DNA of 64,000 nt from positions 8,000,001-8,064,000 of the forward strand of contig CM075990.1 in NCBI GenBank assembly GCA_038087875.1. Reading direction: 5' to 3'. Both the position numbers and the translations under genes were made by a program. Origin of the DNA: Malacoraja senta (Eukaryota). Position 1 is the first letter of the stretch. Each line of letters starts with the position of its first letter. Shown piece after piece: positions 38,436-49,920 of this stretch. Under the pieces are notes generated by a model. The model was not told the DNA's origin and made no database searches. It worked only from the letters and a program-made list of their open reading frames with translations.

Positions 38436-40019
38436 TGCTGTTTATGTGGAGTTTGCATGTTGTCCTCATGAAGTTAAGAGGATCTCCTTGATGCCTACTG
38501 TGAATTGCCCCTAATGTGGAGATGGGAGGTGGAGTCTGAGGTCACTGATGGGAAAGTACGAAGAATAAAAATAGGATTACAGTTATGTAATTGAATGTTT
38601 GAGGCCTTGGTGGGCCAAAGGGCCTGTTTATATGCTGTATGACCCCATGATGAATCACCATTAACAAGGGGGCATCACTGATATCTGTACAATGCCCAAT
38701 CTACCACTAAAACTGCAGTAGATCATTCTCAATATTTTTATTGGTACAGTGCAATTTAAATTTGAGATGTAGAAGAGTTCGATTACACAATATAGAATTA
38801 ATGATAGCTAAATCCCAATACATTTAATGCTCTGTTCTTGTTGGAATTAATTGAAAGGTACAGCATTGAAACAGGCCCTTTGGCTCACCGAGTCCACTCC
38901 GACCATCGATTACCCTTTCACACTAGTTCTATGTTATCCCGGTTTCGCATTCACTCCTTGCACATTAAGGACAATTTACAGAGGCTACCTCACTTACAAA
39001 CCCGCACGTCTTTGGGCTGTGAGAGGAAACCGGTGTACACAGGGGAACCCTGCGCAGACACAGTGAGAACGAGCAAACTGCACACACACACAATACCAGA
39101 GGTCAGGACTGATCCTGGGTCTCTGGCGCTGTGAGGCAGCAACTCTACCAGCTATGCCACTGGTGTCTGTTCGAAGCTGGTGTCTGTCTGTTTGAGTTAA
39201 CATGTACTTTGACAGTCAGTAAAAGTTGTTGGCTTGAAAGAAAATTGCTGTATTTGTATATGTGTTGTAAAGAAACATATTCTCTGCGGTGATCAAAGAG
39301 GCGATGGATCTTATGTATGTTCTTGGCAAGGCTCTCTCTAATAGACTGTCATTGCAGATAATAACCATGAATAGCAACCTGGCAGATTTATCTCCTCCCA
39401 GCTTCGAAATGTTACCCTTGATTACAGGACCATTGACCAACTCAGCACAGTGCAAGGCTTTATCTGAATGTTGTTTAGTGCTGCCTCTCGCTCTAAGAAG
39501 CAGCAGTGGCTATAAACAAAAGGTTTGGTTGCAGGCTTCTGTGTGCAATAGTGCAGTGCAGCGATCTGCAGTGTGGACACTTCCTTCCGCAGGCACCTCT
39601 GTCTCATTGCACTGCGGTTGCCTCCCACTGCAGTGCAGACCTTGGCCTTGGCACAGTCAGATTTAAATTGCTGCAATCACGGAAACTGGCACCAGTGAGA
39701 GCCCATTGATGCTGGCCATTCACCACCGTAAATCTGGTAAATGTACTGTTGCTTCTGGCTGGACAAGATGCAGCTGTCAGGAGAGAGTCGCACCATATTT
39801 TCAATTTTGGACTTTGAATTTTGTGTTATTAACTAATTACGCTTACTTGATTGCTAATTATGCACCGTGGCAAACTGTCCTACAAGCTCAGGGCGCTGTA
39901 AAACAAGACCGGTTTTTTAAAATGAGGAAACCTCATCAGATCGAACAACCTTTCAGAGCCACAATGTGCTCATATGACATGTTGTCCAGGTGACTGTCAT
40001 GACTGCATAGAGACGGAGA

Positions 40020-40550
40020 CATAGAACAATAGAGAAGGGTTCAGAGAAGATTTACAGGGTTGTTGCCAGGACTAGAGGGTCTAAGCTATATGGAGAGATT
40101 TGAGTAGGCTGGGACTCTATTCCTTGGAGCGCAGGAGGATGAGGGGTGATCTTATAGAGGTGTATAAAATCATGAGAGGAATAGATCGGGTAGATGCACA
40201 GAGTCTCTCGCCCCAGAGTAGGGGAATCGAGGACCAGAGGATATAGGTTTAAGGTGAAGGGGAAAAGATTTAATAGGAATCTGAGGGGTAACGTTTTCAC
40301 ACAAAGGGTGGTGGGTGTATGGAACAAGGTGCCAGAGGAGGTAGTTGAGGCAGGGACCATCCCATCGTTTAAAAAACAGTTAGACAGGTACATGGATAGG
40401 ACAGGTTTGGAGGGATATGGACCAAGTGCAGGCAGGTGGGACTAGAGTCACTGGGACATGTTGGCCAGTGTGGGCAAGTTAACCATATTGGGCCGACGTG
40501 GGCAAGTTGGGCCGAAGGGCCTGTTTCCACACTGTATCACTCTTTGACTC
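40020..40550 (+). mobile_element. CR1 3' fragment, followed tail-to-tail by a minus-strand CR1 3' end (40550-40700)
   Basis: RRMRGDLIEVYKIMRGIDRVDA...TQRVVGVWN. Confidence 0.85.
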
Positions 40551-42037
40551 AGCACTGAAACAGCCCTTCGGCCGAACTTGTCCACGCCGACCAAGATGCC
40601 CATCTACGCTTGTCCCACCTGCCTGCTTTTAGCCCATAACCCTCTAAACCTTTCCTATCCATACACCTGTCTGAAATGTGTTTTAAAATGTTGTTTTATG
40701 CAGGTTTATTATTTTAAGGAATTCAACACAAATTGGCAAAATGTCACTGTACCTTAATCGATACGCAGGAACGGGGTACTGATTGGGGATGATCATATTG
40801 AATTGCGGTGCTGGCTCGAAAGGGCCGAATGGCCTAGTCCTGCACCTATTGTCTATTGTCTATTGATACACGTGACAATAAACAGACCTTTAAACCTATG
40901 AAAACTAGGTTTGTGCAAAAAAAATATGTCAAAAGCAATTTAATGCGGGTAGTGGCTATCAAAGAAGCAGAAGATAGACACAACTCAGTGAGACAGGCAG
41001 CATCTCTGGAGAAAAGGAATGGCTGACATTTTGGGTCGAGACCCTTCATCAAAGAAGCAGATGCAAGTACTTCACAAAATGGGCGTCAGGGAGTTGGGGT
41101 CTTCATAGACTTGACGCTCAACAGTAAAAAACAGGTAATGGTGCTGAACATGAGGCTACAAGGGTGGTGTAGAACAGACGATTAGTTTAATCTCAAACAC
41201 ATCCGGAATGCTAGACTGGAAAGAATTGTACTTTTGAAGAGATCTGTGTAGAGGTGACTTTGGAGGTGTATCAGACAGTGAAAATTTATGTAAAACTATA
41301 TATTTAAAGCAGTGGAAGAGGTCATCGATTTGAATTTGTAAATGGCAAACTCATGATGTATAACATTACCATTTATCAGACAACAGAATCGTTCTCTCAC
41401 CAGCGAGAGAGCAGTCCTGGCCTGCCTTCTACCTCCTTCAAACTATCTTTAATCGGACTTTGGACACAAAATGCTGGAGTAACCCGGCGGGAAAGGCAGC
41501 ATCTCTGGAGAGAAGGAATGGGTGATGTTTCGAGTTGAGACCCTTCTTCAGACTGAAGAAGGCTTTCGATCCAAAATGTCACCCATTCTTTCTCTGCAGA
41601 GATGGTGCCTGTCCCGCAGAGTTACTCCAGAATTTTGTGTCTATCTTCGTCGTAAACCAGCATCTGTAGTTCCTTCCCACACATTTAATGAGACTTTACT
41701 GGACTTTACCTTGCATTAAACGCTATACCCTTTATCCTGTATCTGTACACTGTGGATGGCTTGGTTGTAATCATGTATAGTCTTTTCACTGACTGGATAG
41801 CAAGTGACAAAGAGCTTTTTGCTGTATCTCAGTACATGTGACAATAATAAACTAATCTCAACGAAGGCTTGAAGAGTGTTGGGAATGGAGTCCCATTAAA
41901 CCTGATGAACATATGAGATGAAATGAGGCTTTCCCTGGGGGGAGAATACACTTTGGTTGGATGAACCAAAGGAAGTTCGTCACCTTTAATTCTCTTGTGA
42001 TCAGGTATAACTAAAGGACAATGCAGAAATCTATCTA

Positions 42038-43561
42038 TCTATCTATATACTTTTAAAACTCTCTGGCTGTACGTCTGTACGTCTGTACGTCTGTACGTCC
42101 GTACGCTGCCTTTGATACCGCCCCTGGCCCACACAGCGGAAAGGCCCATATTTTTTACCATTTCCAAAGAGATGACATTTATCTTTACGAATAGCCACTC
42201 CTGATTAAATTCGGTCCTGTTTATGTACACGTTTTTTAATAAAATCCATCCCCCCCCCCATGTGATTTTCTCCGATTTTCTCCGATTTTCTCCGAAAACA
42301 ACGGCATCTTTTTTTCGCCGATTTTCTCCGATTATTTCCGAAAACGACGCCATCTTTTTTTCAGCAGATTTTCACCCGGGGTCTGAAGCACGTTCGGGAA
42401 CAACACCCCGGGGTGTCAAGCACTTTCGGGGACCAGACCCAACGGGTCTGCACTTGGTCTAGTATACTTATAAAACTCTCATCTTGTCCTCTTCCGGTTT
42501 GCATTGTTTTAAAATTTGCGCAAAAATGGTACCCGATAGCACTACGATTTTTCGCCACCTTACTCGCCATTCTTCTGTGCTTAAAGTGCAACAAGTTTTG
42601 TTCCAATCGGTGGAACAGTACAAAAGTTATGAAAGTTTAAAAATAGTAAAAACTGCCCCTTCCGGCACCCACTGTCAATCACCGGCGGCGAGGAGAATAA
42701 AGCTGAAGGAGCGGAGTGAGCAGCGTGCGGGGTGAGAGCAGCGTGCGGGCTGTTTCAGCGGAGACCAGCATGATGAGCCGGGAGCCGCTGAGTGGAACCG
42801 AGAGCCATTGAGTGAAGCCGGAGCCAGACCGGGAGCTATTGAGTGGGGCCGAAAGCTGAAGGTGCGGCGTGAGCAGAGTGCGGGGTGAGCAGAGTGCGAG
42901 CTGCATCTGCGGCGACCATCTCTCCCCACCACCCCTCCCCCACACACCCCCTCCCCCACACACCCCCACACCCCCTTCCTCCATACATCCCCCCTCCCCC
43001 ACATACCCCCCTCACCCACATAACCCCTCCCCACACACACACCCTCCCCACACCCTCTCCCCACACAACCCCCTCCCCCACACACCCCACCTCCCCCACA
43101 CACACCACCTCCCCCACACACATTCCCCTCACCCACACCCCCCCTCCCCCACACACCCCTCCTCCCCGGGTGCAGGATGCTCCCCACTCCTCCATCGGCC
43201 CCAGACAGCCCCCACCTGAAGAATGCAACAAGAGACGATACACGTACACACTTCACTTCCCACCCCACACGCCCCTTCCCCACACCACCCTCCCTGACAC
43301 CCCACCCCACGCTCTCCCCCCCTCACCTCCACCCCCTGCCCACACACACCCCCACTCCCCTCCTCTCCTCCCACACATGAAGAGGAGGGGGGGGGGGAAA
43401 TGCTGGGGGATGAGGGGAAATGAGCCGTGCCTGTGCAGTTAGGGGCTATGGGTGAGTGGTGGAATATTGCGTTGGGGAATGGGTTGCATTGGGGGAACGG
43501 GTTGCGTTGGGGGACCAGGCCTCCCGTGTGACTGAGACCTAATGGGTCCCACTTAGTCTAG
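42038..43561 (+). mobile_element. Non-autonomous Helitron (outer)
   Basis: 5' TCTA|TATACTTATAAAACTCTC, split by the inner copy; imperfect 3' hairpin gagacc-taat-gggtccc, then CTAG (43558-43561) followed by T; no TSD; C/A-rich low-complexity interior. Confidence 0.75.
42042..42462 (+). mobile_element. Non-autonomous Helitron (inner)
   Basis: 5' TCTATATACTTTTAAAACTCTC, (CTGTACGT)n microsatellite, hairpin CAGACCC-AAC-GGGTCTG (42434-42450), CTAG end, inserted between A and T. Confidence 0.8.
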
Positions 43562-43629
43562 TATACTCTAAATTTGTATTTCCACTGTGTCTATCATGAG
43601 CTAAAGATGTTCTAAAACTCCTTCCAAAG

Positions 43630-43750
43630 AAGTACAGTCACTGTCGTGCTGCAGCCAATTTCCACGCACTGAGCTCCCATATAACAGCAGCATTATTAAT
43701 GACAGGTAATCTGCTTTAGAGTAATTGAGCGATATTGGCCAAGGCACTCG
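43630..43750 (-). mobile_element. Probable DeuSINE (SacSINE1/AmnSINE1-related) remnant
   Basis: gcagccaatttccacgcactgagctcccat...aatgacaggtaatctg...atattggccaaggcac resembles the Deu-domain complement (from memory). Confidence 0.5.
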
Positions 43751-44964
43751 GTAAGGTGGTGGTTACATTTATGGAATGGGAATTAACATTGGATGAAAGT
43801 AATAAAGGCAGAATTGAATTTAAACTGATGTCATTGAATATATCTGGAATTAAAGGAAATACTCAGACCCGGTAACAATAACTATAACACAAATGAATGT
43901 CTTTAAAAACTTAACTGGTTCATTAATGTCCTTTAGGTAAGAGAATCTGGTATTCCCACACAATCTGGACTACATGTGACTTCAGTCCCACTCTCCTCTA
44001 CCTTTCATTCCCCCACCCTACAATCAGTCTTAAGAAGGGTCACCTATCTATGTTCTCCAGATATGCTGCCTGACCTATTGTTCCTCCAGCACTTTGGGTC
44101 TTTTTCAGGTAACATGGGGATGGATAACACCCGCTCTAAAATTGAACCTCACGACAATGCAATCTCCCTCCGTTTTTTCTGTAGTGGGATTTGAACCGAC
44201 AACCTAACAAGCTCCAATACAAGTGACACTGCAGGCATTCAATACACCAAGGAGCTGCACTAGCAAACAAATGTAGCAGGTATGGCATAATAGCTCAGTG
44301 CAATAAATATTTACACAGTGAAGAACGCTGGATAATTTATAACAATTTATTTTGTCATTCTCAGGAGCATAGATATTAATCATATTCCACTAAAGACCTG
44401 CAGTTATTTATAATACTCCAAGTATTTTTCCAATTGGAAAAAAAAAATCATTATTTGTGTCGTTTTTAATAATTACATGGTTTGTTTTTCTTATGGCATT
44501 CATCAGAGAAAATCCGCTATTATTGCATATTAATATACTTGTACGTCATCGAGTTATGTTATCAGTAATGATTCAGTGTTAGAATGTGCAGCCCAAACTG
44601 AACACTACCTGATGTACACGACATATGCGCTTTAAATTAGTGACAAGCCTTTGTTAGTTGATTGCATAGAATTATATTTTATAGAAGCAGGCTGCTCAGC
44701 CAGCTGGTGGGCTCCACATGTGTTTTCTCCACCCGAAATGTGTCATGAGGAGAGATTTATCAAACTGAGCCTAAATTCGCAAGAGCTCAGAAGAATGGGA
44801 GGTGATTTCTTTGAAACGTACAATCTCCTTGCAGGGTTTGACAAGGTCGATGCGGAGTTCCTGCTTCCCCCGGATGGAGAGTCTAGAACCAGGCACAGTT
44901 TCCAAAATATGTGGTTAGCCATTTAATAATGAGAATAAAAAGTGAAATTTGTACATCGTACATC

Positions 44965-45390
44965 GTGATAACAGGCCCATCGACCCAACTTGCCCACACC
45001 AACCAACATGTCCCAGCTACACTAGTCCCACCTGCCTTCATTTGACACATATCCCTCTAAACCTGTCCTATCCATTCACCCGTCTAAAGGTTTCATAAAC
45101 ATTGCAATAGTACCTACCTCAACTACCTCGCCCAGCAGCTCTTTCCATGCACCCACCACCCTTAGTGTGAAAAGCGTACTCCTCAGGTTCCTATTAAATC
45201 TTTCCTTTACTATGTCCTCTGGTTCACGATCCCCCTACTCTTGGCAAGAGACTCCGTGCATCTACTGTATCTATTCCTCTCATGATTTTGTACGCCTCTA
45301 TAAGATCACCCCTCATCCTCCTGCGCTCTAAGGAATAGAGTCTCAGCCTGCTCAACCTCTCCCCATAGCTCGAATCCTGGCAACATTTAG
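44965..45390 (-). mobile_element. CR1 3' fragment
   Basis: Reverse complement of the 40060-40520 family. Confidence 0.85.
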
Positions 45391-45994
45391 ATTCCAGCAT
45401 TTGCAGTTTTCTGATTTTCGGAGCTAAGATGAAATCTTCTCACCTGAGAGCAGTGAGTATTTAGCATTCTTGACCTCAGGGCCATGTATAGGCACTGCCA
45501 TTGAGTATAATCAGGGCAGAGATAATAAAAAAATATATATTAGGGGAATGAAGGGATATGTAATAATGTGGCACGGAGGTAGAAGATCGACTAATATATA
45601 ACGGAAAAGTGGAGCAGGCATGATGAACTGGATGACCTACTCTTGCTTATACTTTATATGTTCTTACTTTCAATCTTTCGCAGCAATAATGTCAAAGATC
45701 AAGATGTAGTCAGAAGTCTAAACAGTTTATTGTCATTGTCAACCTTCACTCCTGGATTTCTAAATCCAGACTGACACACGATGCAGGCTTGATGTTGATT
45801 CATTGTCAGTATTCCTATTCTTCAGATGAGTTCATAAATTGAAGTCCCACCAGCCTATTCCTATGGGAATCAATGATCCCACACACACTACCGGAGAAAT
45901 ATTCAGGTGATTTTCTGTTTTGCACGCTAAAACTGTTCAAGAAATTGAACAATATTTCCTTGCAAAACAGAATGAAGTAATTCGGCCCATTGAG

Positions 45995-47050
45995 TTTTGT
46001 TTAGAGATACAGCGTGGAAACAGGCCCTTCAGCCCACTGACCAGCGATCCCCTCACATGACACTACCCTACACACACTAGGGACAATTTTACATTTATAC
46101 CAAGCCAATTAATCTACCAATCTGTACGTCTTTAGAGTGTAGGAGGAAACCGAATATCTTGGAGAAAACCCACGCAGGTCACGGGGAGAACGTACAAACT
46201 CGGTACGGACAAGCACCCGTAGTCAGGATCGAACCCGGGCTCTCTGGCGCTGTAAAAGGTCTGTCTCACTGTGCGAGCTGACCCACGAGTGACCCCGAGT
46301 TTAAAACAAATTTAACTCGTGGTAATCACGTACAATTAACGTAGCGGGAACGTCGGAACTCGTGGACGCAACTTAGCGACTCTTGGCGCTAACGGGAGGT
46401 ACACGTGAAACTTGTTAACTCTTGCAAAAGTTCAAACAAATCGTGGAAAGGTTCAAACATGTTTGAACTTTTCCATGAGTAAAATGTACTCTTGAGGTTA
46501 AAATTTGAAACATTTTAAACTCGTTGTAAGAACGTAGTGGCCCGTGTCTCTCTCTCCCTCCCTCCCTCTCACACAGGCTGAGAGACTCTGCCTCTGTGAG
46601 TGTACGTCCCTTTCTCCCCCTCTCCCTGGGCTCTATACGCTCATTGTTTCCTATGAGAGACTTTGAAAAATAAGAATCACATTTCACACATTGATTTTAT
46701 GACTTTTAATTCTTAACATGACCATAATCACAATCTTTTACACCACCCATCACCACTCAGTTTTTTTTAACATGTGATGATTTTTAAACACTTCGATATA
46801 CATTGTTGCCTCAAGATTAACGGGAGAGGAACTTGGTACACTCGGGAGACGAACTTGGAACATCGCAGAAATGAGAAGTAAACGGGAAACTTAGACATAC
46901 CCGTGGGAACTCGGTTAAACTCGGGATCATAAACTTGTAGTATCGTACGCAACCACGAGTCTTTCACTCTGGGTCACTCGTGGGTCAACTTGCACAGTGA
47001 GACAGCCCTTTAAGGCAGTAGATCTACCGCTGCGCCACCGTGCCACCCGA
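45995..47050 (-). mobile_element. V-SINE split by a DNA transposon
   Basis: ...ctctggcgctgTAA | insert | TAAggcagtagatctaccgctgcgccaccgtgcc. Confidence 0.85.
46256..47010. mobile_element. PIF/Harbinger non-autonomous DNA transposon (755 bp)
   Basis: 45-bp TIRs (46256-46300 and 46966-47010, 41/45 match) and TAA TSD (46253-46255, 47011-47013). Confidence 0.88.
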
Positions 47051-47502
47051 CTTCCTCCCAGCTCTCCGAACATTCCCCTAAACTTCCATTTATTCATCGA
47101 TAAGCTATTCAGTCTCGTATATGCCATTCACCAGCAACTTCCAGCCACTGATTCTCCAATCACATACCTACACGAGGGGTAATTTACAGTGTGCTATACA
47201 CTTTTAGGATTTGGGTTTGTAATCTCTGTCAGTTGGATTTGACTGTGGGTTACTTTGTCCTCTTCTATTATCCAGATAGTTTAATCTATAGTTCACCACC
47301 ATGACAATCCTCGCCCAACCCTATCAGGGACTGTTTACATTCCTTTCTTTGCACCAGTCTCTCTTTTTGTGGTATTGTTCACTTTCTCTCCTTCTCACTG
47401 CATCCATTAACCCAATCCAATATAATATATTAGCTCTGTCTCCACAGATGCCGCCTAACCTGGAGCAATTACAGCACTTTCAGCTTCCATTTCATGTTCG
47501 AC

Positions 47503-47745
47503 CTGAAGAAGGAATTTCAAGAAGGGTCTCGACCTGAAACGTCACCTATGCCTTTTCTCCAGAGGTGCTGTCTGATCTGCTGAGTTACTCCAGCCTTTTG
47601 TGTCTATCTTCGGGTTAAGCCAGCATCTGCAGTCAGTCTGAAGAAGGGTCTCGACCCGAAACGTTACCCATTCCTTCTCTCCAGAGATGCTGCCTGTCCC
47701 GCTGAGTTTCTCCAGCATTTTGTGTCCATCTGCAGTTCTTTCCTA
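47503..47745 (+). mobile_element. Tandem Penelope terminal repeats with hammerhead motifs
   Basis: Direct repeats of about 118 bp; hammerhead motifs at 47521-47543 (partial) and 47638-47665. Confidence 0.75.
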
Positions 47746-48124
47746 CCCATTTTCTACCACGGTTGTTTAGGTGACTGCACTAAGACCAGTGATTTAAACA
47801 CTGACCATTATGTCTATTTACCAGGTCTGCCAGTTTGCAAATTACAGTTTAATGTTAAGTACGCAGTTAAATCATTCATGCATTGTGCCTTGCTTTTGTT
47901 AATTAGAAGCATCTTTGCCATTGTAAATCTGTACTTTTATCTGCATCTTTCTGTTGATGGCCCATGAACTAATAAACATCTCCAAGTGTCCAAATTCATC
48001 TTGTGCTTAGACTTCAATGTAATGACAAATAATGAGCAGTCTCTCTGAGGATCAACGATCTCCGCAAACTAACACTAGCATATACACTCTGGGGACAATT
48101 TACAATTATACCGAGCCAATTAGT

Positions 48125-48395
48125 ATGGGTTCGATCCTGATTACGGGTGCTGTCTTGTTGGGTGGAGTTTGTATGTTCTTCCTATGACCTGCTTTCTCCG
48201 GGTTTTCTCCGGGTGCTCCGGTTTCCTCCCACACTCCAAAGACATACAGGTTTGTAGGTTAATTGGCTTGGCATAATTGTAAATTGTCCCCAGTGTGTGT
48301 AGGATAGTGTTAGTGCGCGGGGATCGCTGGTTGGGGCGGATTGGCGGACGAAGGGCCTGTTTCCACGTTGTATCCCTAAAACTAAAAACTAAACT
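48125..48395 (+). mobile_element. V-SINE (5'-truncated)
   Basis: Starts at the B-box gggttcgatcctga; ctaaaactaaaaactaaac tail. Confidence 0.85.
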
Positions 48396-48493
48396 CGAGG
48401 CACTGACATGCCTTCTTTGTGATTATATCTGGGTGCTTGGTCCAGGACAGTTCATCCAATATCAGTTTGGGATCAAATAATTTCAGGAGGTTT

Positions 48494-48635
48494 CTTCTTC
48501 TTCTTCTTTCGTGTGGCGTGCACAGCCTAAAGTTGTTGGGCAACTTGTTCTATATGATCTTCCGTTTGTGCACGTCGAGTTGATTGCATTAGTCGAAACA
48601 GGGTGGACCACGTGAAGGTTGCAATCTTCCACCCC
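48494..48635 (-). mobile_element. Short ribozyme-headed non-autonomous retroposon (Ingi/Vingi-like), family B
   Basis: 142 bp between TSD TCAGGAGGTTT/TCATGAGGTTT (48483-48493, 48636-48646, one mismatch); ends CACACGAAAGAAGAAGAAGAAG. Confidence 0.82.
48582..48635 (-). ncRNA. HDV-like self-cleaving ribozyme (minimal P4)
   Basis: P1 GGGGTGG/CCACCCT, P2 GATTGCA/TGCAATC, P3 ACC/GGT, L3 TTCACGT, G, TTTCGA, J4/2 CTAA. Confidence 0.82.
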
Positions 48636-49609
48636 TCATGAGGTTTGGGAGGTAATCAGAGTGCATTGCCTAATCCCAAATACGGATACAGATGCCAAAT
48701 GCAGATTTGTTTGTAAAATTATAGCGTTAACCAGGAACAACTGTATGAGGCTGAGTGATCTGAGGGTATAGATGTGAAGTAGAGGGTTGTGTTGGAAGGA
48801 ACTGCAGATGCTGGTTTACACCGATGATAGACACAAAATGCTGAGTGAGACAGGCAGCATCTCTGGATAGAAGGAATGGGTGACGTTTTGGGTCCAGACC
48901 CTTCTTTCTGTATATTTTCCAGAGATTTCTTGTTGACCCACAGAGCTACTCCAGCATTCAGTTTCTTTATTTGTAAAACAGCATTAGAAGTTCCTTGTTT
49001 CTAATAAATATAGTCTTGTGCATGTTCAATATTTATATTCCAGACCTAGGATTCTGTCTTCTTAATAATCTTATTGACATGTTGCATGTTAAGAGCATTA
49101 TTCATGCTGCAAGAGTTGCCTTCACTTTGAATAATTTGACTTGCAATTCCTTTCTCTATTCATTCAAGATTTTGCAATTCTCCACACTGCTAATACTCTT
49201 GTCTATTTTTAGATGTCATGGTTCTTGTCACAGTTCAGAACATCCTAAGGCATCATTGTTTTTTCTTTAATTTCTCTTTAACGGATGTAATCGAACGTAT
49301 AATAAGTAATAAACAGCCTAACACAAACTCATTTTGATCCTCATTGACCACATCCAATCATCTCTCTGTGGTCACATCTTCCTCTCAACTAAATTACCAT
49401 CATTCGCACTTTATATTTCTTCGATGTTTAAAAAAATATTTTCTGAAAATCTACCTTCCCTTTACACAACGCCTTAACTGCCATGCAGCGCTATGATCCT
49501 GATAAATTCAGATAAACTTTCCAATTTCTAATTCAAGGGAAACTAAGATAACATCGCATGGAACTTGCCAGTAAGATTGTTGCTATTCAGATTATTTTGC
49601 TATTCCGTA

Positions 49610-49920
49610 GTGGCACAGTGGTGCAGCGGTAGAGCTGCTGCCTGACAGCGCCAGAGACCCGGGTTCGATCCTGACGACGGCTGCTGTCTGTACGGAGTTT
49701 GTTCGTTCTGCCTGTGATGGTGTGGGTTTTCTCTGGGTGCACCGGTTTCCTCCCACACTCCAAAGACATACGGGTTTGTAGGTTAATTGGCTTTGGCAAA
49801 AATTGTAAATTGTTTCCAGTGTTTGTGCAGGATAGTGCTAGTGTACGGGATGCTTGCAGGTCAGCGCATACCCGGTGGGCCGAAGGGCCTGTTTCTGTGC
49901 TGTGTATCTAAGGTCTAAAG
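49610..49920 (+). mobile_element. Full-length V-SINE (HE1-like)
   Basis: A-box tggtgcagcgg, B-box ggttcgatcc, CR1-like tail. Confidence 0.88.

Noticed and set aside
42675..43442. Gly/Val- and Pro/His/Thr-rich ORFs up to 211 aa
   Set aside because: Translations of the low-complexity tract inside the Helitron.
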